Source: a virus (lineage: Duplodnaviria; Caudoviricetes). Taken from it: a stretch of DNA of 64,000 nt. The stretch spans positions 7,580 through 71,579 of the IMG/VR virus record IMGVR_UViG_3300020048_000109; one strand, given 5' to 3'. Below, in pieces: positions 18,279 to 28,332 of this stretch; positions within the stretch are counted from its first letter, which is position 1; each line of letters starts with the position of its first letter. A model generated the notes under the pieces. It saw only the letters and a program-made list of their open reading frames with translations, was not told where the DNA came from and ran no database searches. The translations under genes were made by a program, and so were the position numbers.

Positions 18279-19451
18279 ATGTCTAAACTTCAAAAAAATA
18301 ACAAAAGCATCGTTTTTGTAGATTACGTACCTGCAGAGCTTCAGGAAAATAAAGAATGGCGAATAGTTTTTTACGTCAAAAATCCAATCACAGAAAAATT
18401 AGAATCTAAAAGGCCACGTGTAAAACCGTTAAAAAGTATTACTGAACGCAGGAAATTGGCTAAAAGAATGATTTTAGAAATCAATAAAAGACTTGAATCG
18501 GGTTGGAATCCTTTCTACAGCAATAAAGGAACTAAGGAATTGACAAAATTTGCCGATACACTTAAACTTTTTATGAAACGCATTAAAATTGAATACGATG
18601 AAAACAATTTGCGTTACGATACCTACAAAACTTACAGATCACAAATCACAATTTTAGAAAATTATCTGGAAGAAATTAATGCAAAAGATATGCTTTCCTA
18701 TAAGTTTGATGTTGATTTTGTTGGCGCGTATTTAGACAATATCCGATATGAAAAAGGAAGGTCGGCACGTACACGTGATAATTATTTAGGATTTTTAGGA
18801 ACATTAAGTGTCTTTTTACTTCAGAAAAAATATATAGCAGCAAATCCAACTGAAAATTTTAACAAAATCAACAAAAAGGTTAAAAAACGTGTTTTGGTAC
18901 CGGAAACACTGCGCGACATTATTTTTGATTACTGGAAAGGCAAAAATGAAAGTTATTTAACTTTATGTATGACGTGTTACTATTGCTTAATAAGAAGAAC
19001 TGAACTTACAAAATTAAGAGTTGGCGATGTTTCTTTAAAAAATTCAACTATTTGGATTGACGGTGAAGATTCTAAAAACAAAAAAAGCAACGCCATTACT
19101 ATTCCAAATGAATTAATGCCTTTTTTGGTTGAACACCTTAAAACTGCCAAACAAACTGACTATTTATTTTCTAACGATAATTTTGCACCAGGTTCCGCAA
19201 AAATTCACCCGGACCGTGTAACAAAAAGCTGGGCCAAAATGCGTACTGAATTGGAAATAAACAAAAATATTGATTGGTATTCTTTAAAAGATAGCGGAAT
19301 TACTGATTTGTTAAGAGCTGGCGTTCCGTTAATTTCGGTTAGAGACCAAGCCAGACATCACAGTTCTGCGCAAACAGATACTTATACTCCAAAAGATTTG
19401 AAAATTGCCGATAAGAAAATACAGGATTCAACCGTTAAGTTTAATGATTAA
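18279..19451 (+). CDS. int: Tyrosine integrase A
   Basis: LIRRTEL (Arg), YSLKDSG in place of HxxR, QARHHS, TYT catalytic Tyr; SAM-like middle domain; follows the att core. Confidence 0.92.
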   Translation: MSKLQKNNKSIVFVDYVPAELQENKEWRIVFYVKNPITEKLESKRPRVKPLKSITERRKLAKRMILEINKRLESGWNPFYSNKGTKELTKFADTLKLFMKRIKIEYDENNLRYDTYKTYRSQITILENYLEEINAKDMLSYKFDVDFVGAYLDNIRYEKGRSARTRDNYLGFLGTLSVFLLQKKYIAANPTENFNKINKKVKKRVLVPETLRDIIFDYWKGKNESYLTLCMTCYYCLIRRTELTKLRVGDVSLKNSTIWIDGEDSKNKKSNAITIPNELMPFLVEHLKTAKQTDYLFSNDNFAPGSAKIHPDRVTKSWAKMRTELEINKNIDWYSLKDSGITDLLRAGVPLISVRDQARHHSSAQTDTYTPKDLKIADKKIQDSTVKFND

Positions 19452-21229
19452 AAAGTTTCCGTTTCCATATCCACTTTCCAATATTCTTCATTAACTCGTT
19501 TTTTATTTAGGGTTTTAATTAAATGCAGCTTATTGTATTTTTTAATTCCTTTTTTAAAATCAAACGGTTTAGAAATATGGCAAAAAAAAGTGTCTTTATA
19601 AATTTCAGAATTTGTACGAAAAGAAAGCCATATTTTATGCCAATTCTGATAAATATCTTGTAATGATAAGTTTCGATTAGCAAATTTGTCTACAAGTACC
19701 GGCTGATTATTTAAAAGTCCATTGTATAGGCCTATCATAATTTCATTATCATCTTCAGGATATTCTCCTGTAATTAAATTTTCATTATCAGCTATTTTTA
19801 AAGGAAGAATATCAAATTCAACCGTTTCTGTTTCGCCGCTTAGATAATCATTTTCATTATAAATTTGCCCTGTTTTATTAACCAAAACTTCATCACCGTT
19901 GGGGTACATCAATTTAAATAAATTGTTTTTATTTAAGGTTCTTTTATAATCAAGAACTTCAAATTCAGAATCATCATCAAAATTCAATTTTTTTATTGAA
20001 TTGTCTAAATAATTAAGATAAACCGCATTTTTTAGATATACAACGTCAAGATTAGCCCATTTTTTAATGATATTAAAATAGGTTTTAAAAGTCATATTAG
20101 GCATAAAATCGGCCAAAGAATATTCTTGCGGAAATACATTTAAATTTCCGTCTTTAAAATCGAAAATAAAACGCTGTAGTGATTCAATACTATTAACCTG
20201 CTGCGATATTCTAAGAGTGGTTTTAATATTTTCATAAGGGCCATCTTCTGTTAAATTAATGCTTAAGGTGTCATTTAAAATTAAAGCATCATTGGTTGCT
20301 GATGCATTAAAAAGCACCGTTTCTCCGTAGGTAATTTGTAGTTGAAAAAAATCGGCAATGCCTTTAGGAAAATTAACGCTATATTTTAAGGTATAAGTTC
20401 CTTTTGCTGTTGGAACGTGTATTTTTTCATATATATTCACGGTTTTCCCATCAACAGTTTCCTGGTTATTAAAAAAATCGAAGCTAAACATATCTCTTTG
20501 ATCCGGATCTGAATATTCTTGAAAAAATTGCTTAGGAATTAACACTATTTTTTTACAGAATTCATCATTTGGAAATTCACCTCTTAATTCAAGCCCTTCA
20601 CTTTTAAATCCCACTCTTAAAACTTCCAATAAATAAGTCATTGGTGCCATTACATTTTTATTGTTAGGAACCGAAGGATTATCAACTGGATAAGACATTG
20701 CATTTGATAAAAAATAACCGGGATCAGCATAATTATTTACAAAAAGTTGAAACAGTTCATATTTTGATTTTTCTTTTATTTCTGGTCGGTAAACTTTAGG
20801 AAAATTGTGTGAAGTTTCAGGATAACTTTTTGATAGCTGCATTTGTGCATAATCAACCAAAGCAATACCTGCATTAATTATAGGAAACGGCAATTGACTT
20901 AGCTTTTTATCGAATACGGCTAAAATATCTTCGCCATAAAACAAGGTAATTTCTGCTTTCTTTTTTACAATTTCATTTATAACAAGATATGCTTTGTAAA
21001 ATTTGTAATCAAGAATTAAAAAACCTTCAATTTTAATTTTATAACCAGAAATATTATCCAAATTTGGAAGGCCAAGTTTTAATGCAGTTTCATCATCTAA
21101 GGATATATTGAAAGGAAGTGAATAATTTTTTTGAATATCTTCTTTAAAATTGGGTGATTCTTCATTAAAATTTACGCCATATTGTGTTAAATCCAATTTA
21201 TAATTATCGGTAGTTTGAAAGATGATCAT
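19448..21229 (-). CDS. Tail tip / baseplate hub-like protein (homolog of 45719..47539)
   Basis: YSLPFNI, NFPKVY, IMAPMTYLLEVL parallel YSFPFNV, NYPQI, IIQPLPYFLHIL; last gene of the tail operon. Confidence 0.7.
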   Translation of the reverse strand: MIIFQTTDNYKLDLTQYGVNFNEESPNFKEDIQKNYSLPFNISLDDETALKLGLPNLDNISGYKIKIEGFLILDYKFYKAYLVINEIVKKKAEITLFYGEDILAVFDKKLSQLPFPIINAGIALVDYAQMQLSKSYPETSHNFPKVYRPEIKEKSKYELFQLFVNNYADPGYFLSNAMSYPVDNPSVPNNKNVMAPMTYLLEVLRVGFKSEGLELRGEFPNDEFCKKIVLIPKQFFQEYSDPDQRDMFSFDFFNNQETVDGKTVNIYEKIHVPTAKGTYTLKYSVNFPKGIADFFQLQITYGETVLFNASATNDALILNDTLSINLTEDGPYENIKTTLRISQQVNSIESLQRFIFDFKDGNLNVFPQEYSLADFMPNMTFKTYFNIIKKWANLDVVYLKNAVYLNYLDNSIKKLNFDDDSEFEVLDYKRTLNKNNLFKLMYPNGDEVLVNKTGQIYNENDYLSGETETVEFDILPLKIADNENLITGEYPEDDNEIMIGLYNGLLNNQPVLVDKFANRNLSLQDIYQNWHKIWLSFRTNSEIYKDTFFCHISKPFDFKKGIKKYNKLHLIKTLNKKRVNEEYWKVDMETETF

Positions 21230-23115
21230 ATTATAGCCTTTTTAAAATTCAAATTATAAGAATTAAGATATTCCCTTGTTTTATAAATAGTGAGTTTATT
21301 TGTTTCTAAGATAACTTCAGTTGGTACATTGTTTTCATAAATAAAAATCCTTTTTGCTTTTAATATTTTTGAAAACCATTCTATTTCTTCCTGCGATTGT
21401 ATATAACCGGTATTTAAAGTAAAGCCAGGTTCTTCAATAGCTTCAATAACCCTTGTGTGCGCCTGACCTTCAATAGATTTATTAAAAATAGTTTTACCTG
21501 TTTCTAAGTCTTTTGTGAATTTTCCTTTTGTTTCAAAAAACTCGTAGGTTTCCCATTCATTTTCAAAGGCAATTGTATGTAATTCGGTATAAACATTGTT
21601 TATGGTTACCACAAGTGTTTTAGTACCAAAAGTCACGGTAAAAACATCGCCATGGGAAAGTTCATAATCGTTTAAATTAAGTAATAGTGTATAAACATAT
21701 ACATCTACAGGCAGTGAGTTTAAAATTGTAGTTTCAATAGCACCTGTTAATATTGCATTACCAGGGTTAATTATTGAAATTATTGATAACTGAATAATTG
21801 ATTTATTTGAAATGGTTATATTTTCAGGTATAAAACTTAATTTATTCGCAACTACAGGTGTTCTTCCCTTTAAAAATTTAAGATTGGTATAATTGCCAAC
21901 CGTTTTTTGGGCGCCTGTAAATAAATTTACATCATATGCCGCAATATTAATATTTATGGGTTTAGTTTCATTGTGTATTCTTGTGGATAAATTATTTGTG
22001 GGTTGTTTTGATTTTAATAAATAATTTGTTTCAACACCAATTAAAGCATTGCATATGCCTTTAAAATACGGCTGTGAAGTTTGATAATTAATATTTTCTT
22101 CAAAATTAGAGGTATTCATTTCTAAATTCAAAAAAGTATTGTCTTCAACACTAGATACCGTTAGTTTATTTCTATCATCCGCATAATAAAGCATATTACT
22201 TTCAATACCATTAATTGATAGGGCAATCACGCGTAAAGTAATATATGTTTTTTTGATAATACTGTTTGACATAAATACAATTTCGGCTTGATAAACACCT
22301 ACATCCAAGGAAGTGCTGTTTACCGAAATATTGATGTCTGTAATTCCGGAAACACCGCTTAATGCAGATAATACAACCCAAGTTTGGTTTGCTGTGGCTG
22401 TCCAAGTGTTTGCGGTATCTATATTTATCTTTTTTTGAGTAGTGTTGGCTACAAGTTTTTCTGATAAAAATTCAATATTTACGGGCGTTAGGTATAAATA
22501 ATTACTTAAATTATCACCTTCTGTAACTGTTAAATAAACGTTTGTTTGCCTTGTAAAAATGCCATCGTTAATGGTTATTATTGATTGGTACAAGCCAGCA
22601 TTTAACCCTGAAACATTAACGCTAACAGAAATTGAAGCGCTATTTGAACCAATAGTTGAAGATAGTAACACCCAAGTTTGATCAGCAGAAATGCTCCAAT
22701 TGTTTTCAGAAACAATTTGAAGCAATTTTGTAGTAGGTGCAGGGTCTCCAATATTATAATTGTAGGTAAGTAAACTTGGCGTTGCAGTTAAAAAAACAGT
22801 ATCTTCTACAATAAGCTTTACCAGGTACGTTCCCAAATTTGTTGGGCTATGTGTTTCGCTTAATGCCGTAAAACTAATGTTTGCAGAATAACTTCCGGGT
22901 GCTAAATTATTAACGCTATTTTGATCTAAATTAAAGAAAAAAGAACCAAGCGTAACATTAAAACTTTGATTTACTATTTGAAGCCAGTTAGGTTTGCCTG
23001 TGGTTGTTAAAATATAAGTTTCAATTGGCACGTTTACAGTAACTTTTACCGGTGTAGGAATATTTGCGTATTTTTTAAACACAAAAGTTAAAGGCGATGT
23101 TGGCGTAAATCCCAT
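21226..23115 (-). CDS. Tail protein with three BACON-like Ig repeats fused to a distal-tail-like C-terminus
   Basis: Repeats WSISADQTWVLLS...ISVSVNVSGLNAGLYQSIITI and WTATANQTWVVLS...INISVNSTSLDVGVYQAEIVF; C-terminus resembles 47517..48566. Confidence 0.75.
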   Translation of the reverse strand: MGFTPTSPLTFVFKKYANIPTPVKVTVNVPIETYILTTTGKPNWLQIVNQSFNVTLGSFFFNLDQNSVNNLAPGSYSANISFTALSETHSPTNLGTYLVKLIVEDTVFLTATPSLLTYNYNIGDPAPTTKLLQIVSENNWSISADQTWVLLSSTIGSNSASISVSVNVSGLNAGLYQSIITINDGIFTRQTNVYLTVTEGDNLSNYLYLTPVNIEFLSEKLVANTTQKKINIDTANTWTATANQTWVVLSALSGVSGITDINISVNSTSLDVGVYQAEIVFMSNSIIKKTYITLRVIALSINGIESNMLYYADDRNKLTVSSVEDNTFLNLEMNTSNFEENINYQTSQPYFKGICNALIGVETNYLLKSKQPTNNLSTRIHNETKPININIAAYDVNLFTGAQKTVGNYTNLKFLKGRTPVVANKLSFIPENITISNKSIIQLSIISIINPGNAILTGAIETTILNSLPVDVYVYTLLLNLNDYELSHGDVFTVTFGTKTLVVTINNVYTELHTIAFENEWETYEFFETKGKFTKDLETGKTIFNKSIEGQAHTRVIEAIEEPGFTLNTGYIQSQEEIEWFSKILKAKRIFIYENNVPTEVILETNKLTIYKTREYLNSYNLNFKKAII

Positions 23116-23120
23116 TTTAT

Positions 23121-26078
23121 TTATTTTTTTGAAGCGTTAATTGTATTGTCTAATTTTTGTTGTAATAATTGGCGCTCACGTTCATCATCTAAGGTATAAT
23201 TGAGTTTTAAACCATTATTTAAATGGTCATTTAACCTGGATAAAACAGCAACAACCATTGCATTAATATCGTTTGAAGCACCTGCGGATGTGGTGTTTGA
23301 TAAAGCTGTTTCTTTCCCGGTACGTTTTGCTTCTAAATATTCAATAATTTGTGGAACTTCGGGGTCTTTGCGCACAAATTGCGGAATTACGTATTCGTTT
23401 TTGTGAACTAAGCCTGCAACATCACTGTTATTTCCAAATCCTGTATCTCCACCGCCTGAAAAGCCTTTTTTCTTTGATAAAGCAGCACCTAAACCACTTA
23501 TCGCGGCACTTGCTAAGATGCTTCCTTGTTGCATTTTTGAAGAAGCGCCTAAAGCAATATTTTGAGCAGCGGCAGCAACCATAAAAGGAACGTTTAAAGG
23601 TGGCGGTGCGGCGGCAGTTGCGTTTGCTAAATTTATTTGTTGTGCCGATGATGTTGCTATTTTTAATTTTGCAATTTCTATAACGGCATTTAAAGCGATT
23701 GAAGCCAATTGTGCTCCCAATGAATTTCCTAAAATTCCTAACAATACATTGCCTAATTGTTGCGCTAAATTTATTTTTATTTCAGATTTCTGTTTTTCAA
23801 AATTTATTTCAGCAACATCAACTTCATTTTGTTTTTGAAGTCTTTTTAACGCAGCCGATTCAACTATTTTAGCAACATCATTGTTATATTTTTCAATGAT
23901 TTTTAGTTTTAATGCTGCTTTCTGTTCTTCGCTTAGTTTTAATTTATCTAATTCAGTAAGTTCTTTTTCTAAATCAATGGTTAATTTTAGCGCATCGGCT
24001 TCTTCTTGAGTAGTTGCATTTTGTAAATCAATTTCATTTTGTAAGGTTTTTTTGCGAAGTTCAAAATCAGCAATTTTTTGCAATTCAATTTCTTCATCGG
24101 CTGTTTTACCTGCATCAATTTTTATTTTATGCTCGGCTTCAATAGTATCCAGCAATTCCTTTTTAGCACCTAAAGCGGTTGCGGAATTAATGGCTTCGTC
24201 GCGTGCCAATTGCGCTTTTTGTTCGTTACTTACGGCAAGGCGTTGTAATTTTTCTTTTTCATATTGGGTTTCTAAAGCAGTAAGTTTGTCCTGGGCGTCT
24301 TTTGTGGCTTTTAGCTTATCGGCTAAGGATTTTTTTGCTGCTTCTTCCCTTGCTTTTTTTGCTTCTTCGGTTTCTGTTCCTGTTGGTGTAGTTGTTGGCG
24401 TTGTTGAACCGCCTGGTATAACAGGATTTTCAAAAGTGTTTATTTTTTTATTTGCTTCAGCAATTATCGAATTATAGGCTGCAATTTCTTTGGTTAATTC
24501 TTCCTTTCTTACTTTCAAATCTCTTTCTGGCAGACCTGAAAAATGTGCCCAAGGATTATATTCATCAATTTCTTTTTGATTTTTTTCATAAGATTGTTTT
24601 AAGGCATAAAGTGTATTTTTAGCACTTTCTTTAACTGATTTGGCTATTTCAGCATCATTTCCGGTACCGCTTAAATTATTAAACTGAGATTGAAAAGTTT
24701 TAACGCCTTTTGCGGTTCCGTCACCTTGTGCACGTGCGTACAATTCATCCCAAGAAGAATTTAACCTGGTTAAACCGGTTAACGCATTTGAAGCACCTTC
24801 AATCCAAAATTTAAAGAAGTTGGAAATTACGCCACCGCCACCACTTACAGAAAGAATGAAGCTGTCGTATTTTCCTTTTAACAATTCGGTTTTACCGGCA
24901 ACAGTATTCATTTTTATGGAAGCCTGTTCGGTTGCTGTGCCCACTTCACCCATTTTGGAAGTTAATTCACCAATACGATCTGTATGTTCAATGACATTTA
25001 TGGCTGCAGTGGCATTTTCAAGTCCGAATACTTCAATAATATCGGCATTGTTTTTTAACAATGGTTTTAAGGCTTCCAATTTTTGCTGAAGCGGAATTGT
25101 TTTGTCGTTTAAGAATTCCATAGAAATTCCCAAACGCTCAAAAGTGGCTTGAGCTTCTTTTGGAAGTGCATCCGGGGCACTAATTTTTAATAAAACGTTC
25201 CTTAATTTGGTTCCTGCTTCAGCGCCTTTTATACCATTTTCGGCCAATAATTCAACCAAGGCAACACTTTCTTTAATGTCGATGTTTGATGTTCTTGAAA
25301 CGGCACCAAATTTTAAGACAGCTTCTGTAATATCGGGTATTTCTGCTGCGCCATATTTTGCACCGTTGGCCAAAGCATCAACAAAAACAGAAGCTTGCGA
25401 TGCATCGGCACCAAATTGGTTCATTGCATCGGTTAAAGCGGTTGCGGCGGCCGGCATTTCCATTCCTGCAGCTTGCGCCAATGTTAGCGTAGCTTCCGTC
25501 ACCATATTAAGCGCTTCAACATTTTCCAGCAATTCAGGTTTTGCGGATGCAATTAATTTGTAAGCTTCCACAACAGCAACAGCGCCTCCTTTTGTTTCAG
25601 CACCTAAAGTAATGGCCTGATTTTTTAAATATTCTAAATCATCACCAGTGGCACCTGTTATGGCTTGTAAATCGGCAACAGATTGTTCAAATTCATTGAT
25701 AGTTTTTACGGCGCCACGCAAAGCAGACATAGCGCCACCTACTACGGCGCCAATAGAAAACGCGGCAAGAAAGCCGGTAGCAACAGGACCTAATTTTGTT
25801 TTAAGTTTGTCTAACCAATTGCCACTTTCTTTAAGATTAGGAATGCCTAAACCAGTTTCTTCCCTAAATTTCTTTTGTGCGGCTGTTGCCTGCAATAATT
25901 CGGCTTCGGTACGTGCAACTTCTTCATTGTATTTTTTCCATTCGGGGGTTCCTTCAACGGCGGCGTTGCTTTGCGCTTTAAATTTAATTAAAGATTTGCG
26001 TAAATTGGTAAGCGTGGCATCAACTTCATTTCCGTTAATGAAAATTTTGAGCCTTCTGGTGATTGCTTTTTCAGCCAT
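23121..26078 (-). CDS. Tape measure protein A
   Basis: 985 aa; FEQSVADLQAITGA and AAGMEMPAAATAL TMP core, coiled coils, C-terminal GFSGGG...AGLVHKNEYVIP. Confidence 0.92.
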   Translation of the reverse strand: MAEKAITRRLKIFINGNEVDATLTNLRKSLIKFKAQSNAAVEGTPEWKKYNEEVARTEAELLQATAAQKKFREETGLGIPNLKESGNWLDKLKTKLGPVATGFLAAFSIGAVVGGAMSALRGAVKTINEFEQSVADLQAITGATGDDLEYLKNQAITLGAETKGGAVAVVEAYKLIASAKPELLENVEALNMVTEATLTLAQAAGMEMPAAATALTDAMNQFGADASQASVFVDALANGAKYGAAEIPDITEAVLKFGAVSRTSNIDIKESVALVELLAENGIKGAEAGTKLRNVLLKISAPDALPKEAQATFERLGISMEFLNDKTIPLQQKLEALKPLLKNNADIIEVFGLENATAAINVIEHTDRIGELTSKMGEVGTATEQASIKMNTVAGKTELLKGKYDSFILSVSGGGGVISNFFKFWIEGASNALTGLTRLNSSWDELYARAQGDGTAKGVKTFQSQFNNLSGTGNDAEIAKSVKESAKNTLYALKQSYEKNQKEIDEYNPWAHFSGLPERDLKVRKEELTKEIAAYNSIIAEANKKINTFENPVIPGGSTTPTTTPTGTETEEAKKAREEAAKKSLADKLKATKDAQDKLTALETQYEKEKLQRLAVSNEQKAQLARDEAINSATALGAKKELLDTIEAEHKIKIDAGKTADEEIELQKIADFELRKKTLQNEIDLQNATTQEEADALKLTIDLEKELTELDKLKLSEEQKAALKLKIIEKYNNDVAKIVESAALKRLQKQNEVDVAEINFEKQKSEIKINLAQQLGNVLLGILGNSLGAQLASIALNAVIEIAKLKIATSSAQQINLANATAAAPPPLNVPFMVAAAAQNIALGASSKMQQGSILASAAISGLGAALSKKKGFSGGGDTGFGNNSDVAGLVHKNEYVIPQFVRKDPEVPQIIEYLEAKRTGKETALSNTTSAGASNDINAMVVAVLSRLNDHLNNGLKLNYTLDDERERQLLQQKLDNTINASKK

Positions 26079-26462
26079 TTAAAAACGAATTTTACTTGTT
26101 ATTTCTTCGGCACGCAATTCGCCAAGGTCATCAATTAACCGTTCAAGTGCGTTGGTGCTGTTGAATAAATTGGTGAAATGGTTAAAGGGTTTCATACTCA
26201 TTCTTGCGCCATTTTTTTTGATGCCTTCAAAACCATAATGCTGCATAAAAGTGGCCGAAGTTGCTTTTATGACAATGGCATTTACCTGATCAAACTTCAT
26301 TTCAACTGAAGCACCGGCTTTTTGCAACATTAACCCGGTTCCTGTTTGTTTGGTTGATGTTGCCAATATGTTTTTTAAGTTTCTAGATAATGAACGAGCC
26401 GCGTTTTGTCCCGCTTTTTTTTCGAGTGCACTTAAATCACGATCGTTTTCGCCTGTTGCCAT
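26079..26462 (-). CDS. Putative tail completion-type protein
   Basis: Basic 127 aa directly before the TMP; analogous to 54369..54746. Confidence 0.5.
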   Translation of the reverse strand: MATGENDRDLSALEKKAGQNAARSLSRNLKNILATSTKQTGTGLMLQKAGASVEMKFDQVNAIVIKATSATFMQHYGFEGIKKNGARMSMKPFNHFTNLFNSTNALERLIDDLGELRAEEITSKIRF

Positions 26463-26477
26463 ATTGATGATTTTACA

Positions 26478-26513
26478 GCAAGTTGGGATTTGTTTTACGC
26501 TAAAAAAAGGACA
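26478..26513 (-). promoter_or_regulatory. Phage A late promoter candidate (TGTCCTTTT-N19-CAACTTGC)
   Basis: Third copy at identical spacing, heading the TMP operon. Confidence 0.6.
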
Positions 26514-26552
26514 GGGAAAATGAAGTTTAAAGTTTAAAGTTTAAAAAATAAT

Positions 26553-27176
26553 TTATCTTCTAATCTTAAAAACGGTAAAATGATAACCAATAAATATACG
26601 TTGCTCGGTATCGTAGGATGCTGTAAGGATGCTTCCTTTTGCATTTTGAAATCCGATGTTTGCTTTAAACAGTGGTTTGTTAAATTCTAAATTATTGCCG
26701 ACTTCCATACCGGCCAACAGTCTAAATTTTACTTCTTTTGGCTGTACTTCTATTGTTTGTGGCTTAATAACATACGATGGTGTAATTTCTTGCACTTCAC
26801 CCTGGACAATTCCGTTGATGTTGATGATTAAATTTTCGTCTTCAAATTTGGTATCGAATTTATTTAATTGGATGGCTTTTTTGTAGAGTAATTCTTTTTT
26901 CAACAAGTCGTTTTCTCGCTGGTAGGATTTTAACAGACTGTCATTTTGAATAATTATTGGCGCCGGAATCACCGTGTTTTTTGACTTGTCATTTTTGGAC
27001 ACTTTTTGTCCAAAATTTACGGGCGTGTGAATTGGCTTTACCGGATCAAACTTTGCTTCAATTTTAGGCGTTGTGATTATTTGCGGTTTTACCGTTGGCG
27101 CATTGGAGCAGTCGTTTAAAAATATGAAGGCTAACAACGCCGCTATAATGATGTACGGAAAGGATTTTTTAAGCAT
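26553..27176 (-). CDS. Putative spanin-like membrane or lipoprotein
   Basis: N-terminal hydrophobic segment followed by Cys (FIFLNDC); last gene of the lysis cluster. Confidence 0.5.
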   Translation of the reverse strand: MLKKSFPYIIIAALLAFIFLNDCSNAPTVKPQIITTPKIEAKFDPVKPIHTPVNFGQKVSKNDKSKNTVIPAPIIIQNDSLLKSYQRENDLLKKELLYKKAIQLNKFDTKFEDENLIININGIVQGEVQEITPSYVIKPQTIEVQPKEVKFRLLAGMEVGNNLEFNKPLFKANIGFQNAKGSILTASYDTEQRIFIGYHFTVFKIRR

Positions 27177-27195
27177 AATTTCACTTATAAGTTAA

Positions 27196-27636
27196 TTATT
27201 TTACGTTTGGTTCGGTGGTCACTATTAAAACAGCTTCGGTGTAAGCGGCTAAAGCCAAATGAAATTCGGCCATTGTATCTACGCTGTTGGTAATGTCATC
27301 GTAATTGTCTTTGTTTAAATCGCGCAGGCGCAAACCCAAAGCAGTGCAACCTTCCAGTTGTGCCCAATAATTGGCTGCGTGGAATTTACATTCGCTACGT
27401 CCGGGAACATTTTTAACTTCCCAAAGTTTCTTTTTAAACCGATCTGAAAACTCTAATTTAACAGTGAACACACCGGCAGGATAACAGCTTACACGATTGG
27501 CATTGTTTTGCCAGCCACGTTCTAAAGAAAGTGATGTGAACACTAATTTGTTGTTATGGTCTAAAACTGTGCAGGTTCCCAATGTTTGGTTTTTGTCCTG
27601 GTTAATTCTGTGAATTCTTATGATTGGTTTTTTCAT
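27196..27636 (-). CDS. DUF5675-like putative endolysin
   Basis: TLG...LSLERGW...YPAG...VPGRSECKFHAAN...EGCTALG pattern. Confidence 0.7.
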   Translation of the reverse strand: MKKPIIRIHRINQDKNQTLGTCTVLDHNNKLVFTSLSLERGWQNNANRVSCYPAGVFTVKLEFSDRFKKKLWEVKNVPGRSECKFHAANYWAQLEGCTALGLRLRDLNKDNYDDITNSVDTMAEFHLALAAYTEAVLIVTTEPNVK

Positions 27637-28187
27637 TACTCGTTAATTTTAGATTTTCCTTTTTTAAATACATCTACTATTTTGTTGAATTTATCGACCA
27701 CATCGAACCCAAGTTTTTTGGCGTTTTCGAATATGATGGAATAAATTTCGACAGTGATCCAAAAGAGAATGACTATTAATGTAATTGTAAAATTTAATTT
27801 TGAAAATGAAAAACTAAAAGTGTTTAGCATCAAAATTTTATGAAGAAACCAAGCCATTAAAATAGTGGAGCTGTACAACAAAAATTTAACGCCCGATTTT
27901 TTTAAACCTTCCGACGAAATTAAATGTTGATTTTTTAATTCGGGATTTGTTTTTTCAAGTTCTTTTTTGTTGTTCCAAGACACCCAAACGCCTGTTACAA
28001 AATCACCTGCCATTAACATTCCTAAAAATATTCCCATTAGCGTGTTGGTGGAAAATATAGGCATTGCGATAACTAAAGGTGATACCAATATAATTCCGTT
28101 TTTGGAAAACAGTGTTTTGGAAACCACAATAGCTTTTTGTGCGTATGGCACCAAGAGTGTGAGGAATATTTTCATAATTGCAAACAT
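27636..28187 (-). CDS. Putative holin
   Basis: Several transmembrane segments, GDFVTG and SIIFEN motifs; adjacent to the endolysin. Confidence 0.65.
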   Translation of the reverse strand: MFAIMKIFLTLLVPYAQKAIVVSKTLFSKNGIILVSPLVIAMPIFSTNTLMGIFLGMLMAGDFVTGVWVSWNNKKELEKTNPELKNQHLISSEGLKKSGVKFLLYSSTILMAWFLHKILMLNTFSFSFSKLNFTITLIVILFWITVEIYSIIFENAKKLGFDVVDKFNKIVDVFKKGKSKINE

Positions 28188-28220
28188 TTTTTTAGTGATT
28201 TTTGTTATTATTTTGGTATT

Positions 28221-28289
28221 TTAAGTTGATGCTAAGATTAACAAGCCGCTTAGTGTTGTTTTCCAATTTTTTATGATAAAGTTTTTCAT
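28221..28289 (-). pseudogene. Possible remnant of an NWKTT-type small holin
   Basis: MKNFIIKNWKTTLSGLLILAST*, in frame with 27636..28187. Confidence 0.3.
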
Positions 28290-28303
28290 AACTATTTTTA
28301 TTA

Positions 28304-28328
28304 TAAACCGCCTAATTAAAGGCGGTTG
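28304..28328. terminator. Intrinsic terminator hairpin
   Basis: AACCGCC-TAATTAAA-GGCGGTT after 28333..29946. Confidence 0.55.
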
Positions 28329-28332
28329 TTGA

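Larger units (their letters stand above)
1..26520 (-). mobile_element. Temperate phage genome segment A (permuted, extends left of window)
   Basis: Contiguous TerL, TerS, capsid, ClpP, primase, CI/Cro, attP, integrase, tail and TMP genes; three copies of the TGTCCTTTT late-promoter motif, last at 26505-26513. Confidence 0.85.

Noticed and set aside
25312-25320. Fourth TTTAAGACA (B late-promoter motif) inside TMP A
   Set aside because: No -7 box at the required offset and it lies in coding sequence; likely chance
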